A stretch of DNA of 63,586 bases, filler included, from Collodictyon triciliatum (Eukaryota), in assembly GCA_043381765.1 (NCBI GenBank). It is 20 parts of 20 records of this genome, joined end to end, with 100 filler letters (N's around TTAATTAATTAA, not from the genome) between each part and the next. Parts side by side here need not be neighbours in the genome. Positions count along the whole stretch, not along the records: positions 32,803 to 35,976 come from JBHJMP010007683.1; positions 36,077 to 39,248 come from JBHJMP010007684.1; positions 39,349 to 42,520 come from JBHJMP010007685.1; positions 42,621 to 45,791 come from JBHJMP010007686.1; 16 more parts are not named here. One strand, 5' to 3'. A model generated the notes under the pieces. That model had not been told where the DNA came from, did no database searches, and saw nothing but the letters and a program-made list of their open reading frames with translations. Shown in pieces: positions 33,405 to 43,231 of the stretch. Position numbers and translations under genes: made by a program. Each line of letters begins with the position of its first letter. Positions within the stretch are counted from its first letter, which is position 1.

Positions 33405-34052
33405 TTTTTTTATTCTTCCTTTCAATTTTATGCAAGATGGTGAGGTTTATTCTTTGGTTTGCTAGCCATTGTTTGCATGGACGCTACTTGGTGGCCGGGT
33501 GGCGGAGAAGTAGTCGGTAACCAGGAATTGCATCCTGCGTTTCGGCCTACAGCCTGGGTCTTGTGCTTGCATGAGAGAGGCGAGGCGAGGTTTAATATCC
33601 TTCTCAGCTTCTTTCCACATGTCTCTTCTCACGGGGTCTGAGTAGTAGAGAACGCGCAGGTGGTGAAGTAAGCTGTTGAGGAAAGAGATTTGAATGATTT
33701 CGTTCAGCCCGTTATCAGGAATGGGTGGCTGGTTGTTGAGTCTTGCTTTGCTTGAGTGTATGCGTGCTATCCACATAGTCCATATCAAATGGCCTCGCGT
33801 CACTGCCCAGAATGTTTTTGCATCTGGACGCAAGTGTTGCAGAGGCCTTAATATCGCCTGGATTGGGCCAACAGCCGCTGCCGTCTTGAGTGTCAGTCGA
33901 AGAATCTCACCGGCTGTTTCGCGCAGGTTTTGAGCGAAGGGACATTGCACAAATGTGTGTTCAATGGATTCACCACCGTTGCTGCAAAGCGTGCATTGTT
34001 GGGAGACTTTGCCAGATTTTGTCGCGCGTGTGCCTATCCATAGCTCCCTATT
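33405..34052 (-). mobile_element. L1/Tx1-like LINE ORF2 C-terminus (zf-RVT CCHC), 3' UTR and A tail
   Basis: QCTLCSNGGESIEHTFVQCPFA zinc knuckle, then LIWTMWIARI (the W.IW..RN-type motif), a stop at 33462 and ...TTGAAAGGAAGAATAAAAAAA. Confidence 0.88.
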
Positions 34053-34296
34053 TGTAACAATTGGACACCCAAGTGCGTCCTTGGAATCTCTGATCTGATT
34101 CTAAGAATCATCTCTGAATTCTCCAAGTATGTTCTTAGAATCAGTCCAAAGAACCACCGTGGACCGCTCTAGGTTCGTTCTCAGAAACCTCCCCTGAACC
34201 TTTTGTCCAGAGGATATTTAACGAGTCCGTCGACTCGTTAATAGGTTGAGAATCATAAAGCAAGCTTATAACAGAATAAAAGGACATCCCCTTACA
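34053..34296 (+). mobile_element. Short solo-LTR-like insertion (244 bp)
   Basis: Begins TGTAA and ends TTACA, with AATAAA near the 3' end. It sits exactly between the LINE endonuclease and zf-RVT segments. The flanks show no matching TSD. Confidence 0.6.
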
Positions 34297-34918
34297 CACA
34301 GGAACCAGTCGATTCTGCTCCACGTCGGACCGCTTCTTGTTTGATGCCTGCACGTAGCTCCAAGCAGATTCGGGTAGAGAGTAGTCCATGGGTCATGTAG
34401 GTTATGTTGATTGACTCAGTTGGTGAGTGGCTTGTATTGTCTTGTGGACACGCCTGTCCATTCAAGCTCTGGGTCAAGGACTGCGTTGAAGTCTCCACAT
34501 ATGATTGTATGGGGGTGTCAAGCTCCTTAGTGAAGTTGCTCGAACTCCCCCATTCTTGTTTGGAGGCCAGCCGTTTGGAGTGACATATAGCAAGTGATTA
34601 TCCTTGTTGCTTTCCCATCCATCTGGATATCCATGCTTATGGCGCGGCCGGGAATAATGACTTTGAAGATGGGCTTTAGCTTAGCAATCCACCTTTTACA
34701 CAGGATTGCTACACCGGCATGTTTGTGTTGTGATGGTGATAATGATGGTGACCATCGCTGAGGGCCCTTCCACCCGAAATCAGTAGATTGGGTGTCAGGG
34801 CTCTGCCACGTCTCTTGAAGACAGATGATGTCCGCGTGGGTGAAAAAAGCTGTCTTGTAAACCTCTTTCCGCCTGTGGGGGTCGTTAATCCCCCTAGCGT
34901 TCCATGACAGAACGCGGT
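34297..34918 (-). pseudogene. LINE apurinic-like (APE) endonuclease domain, disrupted
   Basis: YRVLSWNARGIN, DIICLQETW, AGVAIL, GRAISMDI, IICGDFNAV, LHDPW and SRIDWFL motifs occur in order, with a frameshift and an in-frame stop. Confidence 0.9.
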
Positions 34919-35060
34919 AAAGAAAGAAAAGAAGAGAGAAATTAAACTTGTTTCAAGGACTTCAACACGGTGATGTTCTTGGAGAAGGGTATACGTATAT
35001 TTTTGAAAACTATTCGAATTTTGATTCTTCGTGAAAAACAAATACAAAAAAACTGCACCA

Positions 35061-35660
35061 AATAAACTGTGCAGCGACAAAGCTGTTGGGACGAGCGTTA
35101 TCGTGTCTATTTGCTAGACAGCTCGGAGGTAGCAATATTCGCACGAGAAGAGTACAAGACTATGTCATATGTCGTGAGAATAGGCAGCTGATTATAGGAA
35201 AGAAAAAACAATATAAGAGAGTGAAGAGGGAAAAGATAAACGAAGTAATTGCGAGCAAGAAATCCTGAACAATGGCAAAATAATAAGATTTTACTCCCCA
35301 ATACTTACCCTATTTACATTCAACAGGTGGATCCAACCTACCTTACGTTAATGGTCAAACGCGGGGAGATATAGATGTGGAGATGAAATGCAGTATATAT
35401 ATATCATACAATAGTAGCAACTATATGTATCATGGGTTGTGCCCAAAGTTGGAAGATACATCGCTCCTTCCATATGCGTCATCTTTTCTACATGTGGCAT
35501 GATTGCGCGGTTCTCAGAAAGCAGAAAGCCTCACGCAAAGGGGATAAGCACGTCGTCCGCGCAAGATGTTTGTGTTATGTGTTCTATGCGATTGTGTGCT
35601 CCAGCCTTAGAGATAGAGAGTGTGCGTGCCTCAAAGCCTAAGTACCCTCCGTTATCACAC
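35061..35660 (-). repeat. About 600-bp LTR-like repeat, copy 2
   Basis: Homologous to 32803-33396. It has a central TATA-like TATATATATAC and is followed on the minus strand by TGGTGCAG (PBS-like TGG). Confidence 0.75.
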
Positions 35661-36277
35661 ACCGAATATCACCAGTCGGGTCGTCAGTGGCCTACCGAAG
35701 TGCTACGAGCTATCTTCCCTTCACACGTCAGAGAAGGTATGTTTTTTTAGTTTGCAAATGAAGGAAACGAAAGTGTCGTGTTTGTCGCTTATAATAGCTG
35801 ATTATCATCTTTTCGGATATGTCGGAATCATCCATTCTCATTTTGTATGATATTGTAAGTTGGACTCACATATTCTATTTACATCCTTTGTAAGATAAAA
35901 TACAATAAATGAATCTTTTGGTTTGCGCCCAAAGTGTACATGCCTCTGCACCGATGCTGCACCGAAGCAATCGGATNNNNNNNNNNNNNNNNNNNNNNNN
36001 NNNNNNNNNNNNNNNNNNNNTTAATTAATTAANNNNNNNNNNNNNNNNNNNNNNNNNNNNNNNNNNNNNNNNNNNNAAAACAAAACAAAACAAAACAAAA
36101 CAAAACAAAACAAAACAAAACAAAACAAAACAAAACAAAACAAAACAAAACAAAACAAAACAAAACAAAACAAATCACACGGCAGAGTAGAACCCAGAGA
36201 CCCCGAGAGTCAGCCTCCAACGACAACACCATCCATCCTCAACACCATCATCACCACCACTTGGAAACCAGATCCAG

Positions 36278-39055
36278 ATGACAGCGCCATCGCTCGTGAC
36301 GCGGGAGACGTTCCACCAGGGCGTCGTGCTGTGTACCAGCGACCCAGTCGTGCAGCCGCTGGACGGAAGCGCCACGGTGCTGCGCAGCCTGGACGCACAG
36401 CGACGCGGACAGCCGGGCCTCGTGCGCGCCACACGCAACGCAAGTGGGGCGTTCACGCTGCTTGCTGGGGCGACGTGCGTGTGGGCCGCGGTTGCGAGTG
36501 CGGTCCCTTCTGCCCGCCGCCCAGAGCCGGTCTACGCGGTGTGCTGCGCGGGGCTTGTGCATCAGACGCTGCTTGCGCTGCATCTCCACACCGGCCTTCT
36601 TGCTGCCGCCCTCCGCAACTTCGACTCAAACTTCCTGCTGCTCAACAACGCCGGCGTCGCCCTGCTCTTTGCCCATCTGCACCGCTCACATCCGCTTGCC
36701 GTCCTGGTTGCCGCCTTCTTTTTCGTCTGCTACTTCAACATGATCTTCACCGACTGCTGGCCCTTGCCTTTCCGCTCCTTCGACCGCAAGCTGCGTCACA
36801 TCCTCGCACAGGTGGCTTTGCATGGCTCCAGCGGTCATGCTGATCATCACACCTCTTCGCCATCATCACTACTATCATCATCACAACCATCATCACAACC
36901 ATCATCACAACCACCATCTCACTCTACCGCCCTGGACACATCTCTACTGCATCTACGCTACACAACCATCCGTCTCTACCGCCAGATCATCGCATATGTC
37001 AATGCCGACCAGCGTTGGTCTGTCTACCTCCGCCGACGTCTCTACGCCTCCTCTCTGATCGGCTCAAACAGGCTCCTGATGATGATCCTGGCCTTCCTCA
37101 TGCCTGTCCTGCTCTATCTCGCTTTTGTTCGCAAGATGATCTCCGCCGACCAACTGGATGGCTCCGATCCGATTCTTTTTAGCCTCTCTGCTAGGGATCT
37201 CTACCGCTCGTGCACAATCAATACTGCTGCATTTTCTTTAAAGAGGCTGGTGTCTTACCTGATGTTCCCTCTGAACATTCACAGCAAAACTCACAGAATG
37301 GTCAGAATCCCGCTTGTCAAGGAGTGGATTCCCTTCATCGAATTGGTCCAAAAGATCATCAAAGAAAATGCTGCTGAAAGGGCCAATGACCTGCTGAGGA
37401 GAAAGACTCTTGTCGAGGTTATTCAAGAATCTAGCTTCAAGGAACTTACTGACTACAAAATAGACCCCATCTCCTTGCAAATCAGAAAGCTCATTCATCG
37501 TCTCAATCCACCGCCACCGCCACTGCCTATATCATCTAGTTATTCCAATCTTCATTCGACCTCTTTTTCTACTTCGTCTCCTGAGGTATCGCCAACAGCA
37601 ATCCATCCACCCACAAACCAAGATATGTCTGGACACCATGTCGTTGATATCCCAAACATACCAGAGTATCCAATCACTCCAACGAGTTCAGACCCAACCC
37701 TCTTCCCAATTCCAATAAGAAAACTCTATCTCTCTGAGGTTCACTCTAGCATACCTGCTCCAAAACTGCTGAAAAAGGAATGCTTACCTTCATTCCACAG
37801 CCCGAGCAACGATGGCAACAATCAAAAGAACAATACAAATGCCACAGATGCTCGTCCAAAAATCTACGACGCCATGCGACAGGCGAGGTATGTATACCCT
37901 TTTCAGACCCAATCCAGTCTCCTTTTCACACATGTGCCGAGACCTCTCTCGGGAGCGCAACAAATGTCAATAGAAGGGGGTGGCGGAGATGACGACTATT
38001 ATGATGATACTATAAAAGAGGTACTCGATAATAGCCCAAATTCAAGACTAGAGGTAATCACCAACCCTTGCTTCGAGGATTGTACCATTAGCTATAGAGA
38101 TTCAATTGCAAAATCTATCCTTGGCCGAAGCTTTTCTAGATATATTCACCGGAACTCAAGAATTTTTACAATTTATTGCGCTTGGGTTCCTTTCCTTGGA
38201 ATTGCCATTATCTCAATGACATGGGTCACGCCTGACTGTCTTCCAGTACCACTTACAAACACCGTTTTATTCTTTTCCATCTTGCATCAAATCATGGTGT
38301 TTTCGGTTTACTCTGCTCAAGGGGTCCTCTCCTTGCTCAAGACATTCGATTGCCTATTCATTCTATGCAATAATGCGACTTTCGGCTTTGTCTTGCTCGA
38401 CTACTTTGGATGGCAAGGAACTCAGTTATATTTTAGCGTCATCTTCATTCAGCTGTGCTTTGTTGTGACTGCATTCATGGATGCCCACCCAATCCCGATT
38501 AGCTATTTGAAGTCGCAGATATCCAATCTCCATGCAGACATCCAGGCGAAAAAGTTTCGATCTACAGCCACCAACCGCCACATCCTATTCATGGCAGCCT
38601 TGTTGACAACAAAGTTGCAGCTCATTCTCTCAGATACCCAACAGGAATGGACAAAGGATTTATTCGAGGATGAGCTAATCCACCTCACTCACCAGCACAC
38701 TGAGACCATCTCAACAACACGCTTCCAAAAGTTTTGTCAATACATGGCCACATACCGACTGGCTCCGTATTCCTCCATTCCAAATACTGCCACAGGTGCG
38801 TTGTGGATGGTATTCTTCGTTTTTATCCTCCAACTGGACTTGTTTACCCCCCGCTCTGTCCAACCCATCAACCTTGTGTTCGCAGAGTGGAATCATGTGT
38901 CCTTGTTGACTATTTGCACTTTCAACGCCTTAGTTTTTTACTCCAGGAAGCTCTACGCTGTTATCTATGACCCACTCCGCTTCATATCTCTAGAGTCTCG
39001 CCTATCTATTTTCCCGGTTACCAGAAGTGTGGAGATTATGAAATCATCCCCATGA
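36278..39055 (+). CDS. Intronless 925-aa multi-pass membrane protein with two homologous halves, function unknown
   Basis: Long ORF with two hydrophobic blocks sharing motifs (LRNFDSNFLLLNNA / LKTFDCLFILCNNA; FTDCWPLP / FMDAHPIP; CTINTAAFSLKRL..LMFPL / CTFNALVFYSRKL..IYDPL), separated by a P/S-rich linker. Confidence 0.85.
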   Translation: MTAPSLVTRETFHQGVVLCTSDPVVQPLDGSATVLRSLDAQRRGQPGLVRATRNASGAFTLLAGATCVWAAVASAVPSARRPEPVYAVCCAGLVHQTLLALHLHTGLLAAALRNFDSNFLLLNNAGVALLFAHLHRSHPLAVLVAAFFFVCYFNMIFTDCWPLPFRSFDRKLRHILAQVALHGSSGHADHHTSSPSSLLSSSQPSSQPSSQPPSHSTALDTSLLHLRYTTIRLYRQIIAYVNADQRWSVYLRRRLYASSLIGSNRLLMMILAFLMPVLLYLAFVRKMISADQLDGSDPILFSLSARDLYRSCTINTAAFSLKRLVSYLMFPLNIHSKTHRMVRIPLVKEWIPFIELVQKIIKENAAERANDLLRRKTLVEVIQESSFKELTDYKIDPISLQIRKLIHRLNPPPPPLPISSSYSNLHSTSFSTSSPEVSPTAIHPPTNQDMSGHHVVDIPNIPEYPITPTSSDPTLFPIPIRKLYLSEVHSSIPAPKLLKKECLPSFHSPSNDGNNQKNNTNATDARPKIYDAMRQARYVYPFQTQSSLLFTHVPRPLSGAQQMSIEGGGGDDDYYDDTIKEVLDNSPNSRLEVITNPCFEDCTISYRDSIAKSILGRSFSRYIHRNSRIFTIYCAWVPFLGIAIISMTWVTPDCLPVPLTNTVLFFSILHQIMVFSVYSAQGVLSLLKTFDCLFILCNNATFGFVLLDYFGWQGTQLYFSVIFIQLCFVVTAFMDAHPIPISYLKSQISNLHADIQAKKFRSTATNRHILFMAALLTTKLQLILSDTQQEWTKDLFEDELIHLTHQHTETISTTRFQKFCQYMATYRLAPYSSIPNTATGALWMVFFVFILQLDLFTPRSVQPINLVFAEWNHVSLLTICTFNALVFYSRKLYAVIYDPLRFISLESRLSIFPVTRSVEIMKSSP

Positions 39056-39905
39056 TCGCTTAATTTTCTCTCTGCTACCTCTTTCCTCCAAAACAAAAAT
39101 CCCCTAGAATCCTCATGCATATATCTCCATCCCCATTTAGTTTGAATAAAGTACACAACGCTCAGCCGGCCGGGCAGTTTTCTTTTTTTTTTTTTCTTTT
39201 TTTCTTTTTTTCTTTTTTTTTTTTTTTTTTTTATCTATAAAAAAAAAANNNNNNNNNNNNNNNNNNNNNNNNNNNNNNNNNNNNNNNNNNNNTTAATTAA
39301 TTAANNNNNNNNNNNNNNNNNNNNNNNNNNNNNNNNNNNNNNNNNNNNTACTTTTACTTTTACTTTTACTTTTACTTTTACTTTTACTTTTACTTTTACT
39401 TTTACTTTTACTTTTACTTTTACTTTTACTTTTACTTTTACTTTTTACCAAGAAATGGATATTGCCATTTGCAAAAGAAGCAGGTTTGCCTTTAAATTTT
39501 AATCAGTCTGTAAATATATAATTTGAGGGCGCTCCCGTGTAACTAACCTACAACACGAGTGCTAATTTAGGACGACCCAGCTCAATTGAACAATGAACGG
39601 CAAGTATAAAATGCCCAGATGCACCCCGAGAAAATAGGCGTATGGTAGAATCAAAATAATATGGTGTAGTGTGTCATCAAAAATGAGCCTGGGGCGGATA
39701 ACACACACCATGAATTATATATTCCCACAACCCGTTCCTAGAAGGAAGACAGAAGAAACAGACACATTCATTGAGAAATGTGTGATGTAGTAAAACTAGA
39801 CATGTTTTGAAGAGAAATACTGCCTTATTAATCTCCTTGGTAAGGGCCTATTTTTGTGTTTCATAGGCCTGCAGCTCGCAATCACTCCATCCGTAATACC
39901 GCAAG

Positions 39906-41190
39906 ATGCAACCACCTTCCCCGACTGGAAGTTCAGACAATGATTTGGAAATGGGGAGATTGAACCCACAAAGGACACCAAAACTTGGTCCTGGTAACAG
40001 TTTAAGTGGCTTTCCGGAATTTCGAAAAGTTATCTCCACGGAAATAGTTGTCATCCCAGAACGTCAATTATTTCACGAAAAGCCGATAAAAGACAAGGTC
40101 ATGGTTTATAGGCGGAAGATGACTGGGCTACGAGGAAATTATATCAAGGAATTCGGCTGGAAAAGATCTTTAATTGGTGCAATTGGTTCTTTTATCGTGA
40201 TTTTTGTTGTGTCTTCGCTTCATTACTTCTGGTTAAGGAAAGATGATTACATATTTCTTAGTGCGAGCATCGCTGCATCAGGTAGAATCACCGGACATTA
40301 CGATGAACTTCAATTGAAAAATATTTTCATTCGTTCTTGAGTTTTTTTTTGCGGGGGAGATAAATCGAGCACTTAGAACATAAAGACGATTTTATATGAC
40401 AATCTAAGAGCCCATTCTCTCCTTTCTTTGTTCAGTTTTTTTTTTTTTTGATTCTCTAATTTTAAGGCATTGTGCTTACTTAAATTACAAATATATATTT
40501 ATCTGTCATTTGTGAGGTTTTTCTTTCTTTTAGCAAAATATATCGCTAACAAAGTTTTCCGTTGCAGCTGTTCTCATAAACTTTTGGCCAGAGTCCCCAC
40601 CTTCACAACCGCAAGCTTGCATTCTTGGAAATGTTTTAAGTGCCCTTGTTGGTGTTGCATTTGCAAAGCTGGCAAGGACAGTAACTTTATCCATTTTGAG
40701 GGTCCTTTTTGCAGCTTTATCTGTGGGGTTGTCTTCCTTGGTCATGATCATTACTAGGACATTCCACCCCCCGGTGAGTTTACTGAGACTGTTTAGTAGA
40801 TTTAAATTCCTCCATCAGGCAGTAGATGTTGGATTATTGCTTTCGCTATGTCATTATATTCATTCATTTTGACCTGTACTTTTCTAATCTTTGAAAACAG
40901 CGCGTGTAAATTTTTTGATTTTATTTATTTCTTCTTCTTTTCTTTAAAAGCAAATTATTCTTGAATTTGTAATCAACAATGTGATTAATTCCGCCTGTGT
41001 CCTTTTCTCGTGTTTATAGGCGGCAGCAACGGCTTTGATGGGGTATTTAGGCTCGAGAGCGATTACAGAGGTTGGCTTCCTGTTTGTTTTGATGCCTGTC
41101 GCGTCCAGCATCAGTCTCACCGTCTTGATTTCAGTCTTGTACCTAAATCTCTTTGAGGGTATTGTTTACCCTCGGTATTGGCTTGCCTAA
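39906..41190 (+). CDS. HPP-family membrane protein (3 exons, complete)
   Basis: Exons join to ASIAAS|AVLINFWPESPPSQPQACILGNVLSALVG...MIITRTFHPP|AAATAL...YPRYWLA*, with the diagnostic HPP and terminal YP.YW motifs. Confidence 0.92.
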
Positions 41191-42620
41191 TGACAAACAT
41201 AACCAAGTTCATCTCATCTTACAATTCCTTACCTTAATCTGTCCGACAAGATTTACGCTCCTTGCTGTGACTGTTTAGACAAGAAAAATAAATAATGGGA
41301 CCTCTTCCAAGAATTCTCTATCAAGAAAACCAGATTTGCATAAAAGTGTACTTTTTGCTTCTTTTTTTTTCGCCTGTACACACAAAGTAGGAATTTGATT
41401 ATCTCACGTCAGGATAAATAATGGTCCTGTGAATAAAAAGGGATTGCATCTGTTTGAAATCCATTGTCTACTTTGTTAAAATAGTATCTGGTATTTCAAG
41501 TGTGAGAAATCGTATTGGAAAATGCTGTGTTATCAAATTACAATTTGTCATAAAATGAAGGTTATTGATTAATGTTTTTTTTATCAATTCTCTCATTTAG
41601 ATGTATGAAGTATTAAATTTTTTGTTTCTATTTATGTTTTTATTTTTTAGAAAAAAAAATAGCGTATTTCATTTGTAATGAATACATAATATGTTTAATT
41701 TATTTTAGTCAGTTTTTTTTTTCGAGGGGCAGTCCAACCAATATCGCATGTATTTTCTTCCTCTATTCGATTCAAAGTTCTATTTTTATAAAACTTGAAA
41801 AAAAAAATACATGTTCGCGTTATAGTCATGATTTATAATTTGGATGGTCTCTAATCAGGCAGAGAAGTTGTAACTCATTTATTTCACAAGATAGCACGCC
41901 CTACTAATCAATGAGCGTATATTGAGAAAGAGGATGCACTCCATTTGCAAAGCCTGCAACGGCATGTGTTTCCGAATCGCTTCTCCTATCGATTTGCAGT
42001 TTTCTGTTTTTCGAGGGTTCGCTTCTGTGTCTGCATAGAAATACCCTTCTTTTCTTGTGCTCACCACGCGCGTAATTGACGTGGCTTCCTTGGCAACAAC
42101 TTCCACTTTAGGCCGTGGCTCTGTAGTCTTGTTCATCATACCATAATTGATGGCTTCGACGCCAAGATAAAGAATGGCACAAGCCCCTCAGTCACCACCC
42201 TCTCTCAATTACTTGTTTGATTGCTGAATGAAAGATTGTTGCTGCGGGTGCCAATAACTAAGATTCTAGAATCATATATAAAATCAACACTTTCTCAATC
42301 ACACGGGCTTACGATTCTAATAGATAAGATCGTACTGTCTTTCGAGCAAGTAAACATGTTTTTTTTTTCTCAATCCTGCATTTGATTTTATGACCAGGTT
42401 CTCTTAATCGTTTCCTTTTACTCTATGCTTTTTATGCTTTTTATGCTTTTTATGCTTTTTATGCTTTTTATGCTTTTTATGCTTTTTATGCTTTTTATGC
42501 TTTTTATGCTTTTTATGCTTNNNNNNNNNNNNNNNNNNNNNNNNNNNNNNNNNNNNNNNNNNNNTTAATTAATTAANNNNNNNNNNNNNNNNNNNNNNNN
42601 NNNNNNNNNNNNNNNNNNNN

Positions 42621-42726
42621 GTTTGGGTCCAGCAAGCCAGGCTGTATATTTTTTATTTTTACTTTGCGATATCTTGACAACGTAAGTCTGGCCCTTGACC
42701 TTGATTTCTTTTTTAAATTCGCTCAT
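42621..42726 (-). CDS. Truncated small basic ORF, possibly viral
   Basis: MSEFKKEIKVKGQTYVVKISQSKNKKYTAWLAGPK runs off the contig. The S..KNKKY.A motif recalls small basic proteins of large DNA viruses (DUF5754-like). Confidence 0.35.
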
Positions 42727-43231
42727 ACCTATATCTGGAAATATTATTGCGCCAAATGCGGAATTTATAATAATTAAAATTACACATATGGAAAGAATAT
42801 TCTAGAATATTACCAAATGCGGGATTTATAATAATTAATACCAAATATGGATATAGAATCTTCTAGGACCTTCCTTTTCTGGATATAGAGCCTTCCTTCC
42901 AGATCTGGAATTCCTCATTAGGAAGGTATATGGGGTATATAAAGATGAACTATTGAACCCAAATTATATACATATATAATTTGGGTTCAATAACTCAAAA
43001 TGAAAAAGAGGATTATTTTGGTTAGGAGTGTATTTGGAAGCTCTGCCTCATATCATATATATTATCAGTATATTTTTGATATCACCACAGCGATGTTGCT
43101 TGTATGCTTCATAAATTGATACATATATATCGCAGAATTGTGCATTTTTTTGAACCGAATATATGTATACATCACAGAAGTTTTCATACTGAGGGCAGAT
43201 TTTTTTTCTCCAGTGATAATTGATGAATTTT

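Noticed and set aside
41879-42139. 86-aa minus-strand ORF
   Set aside because: No recognisable motif or splice support, so it is left unannotated.
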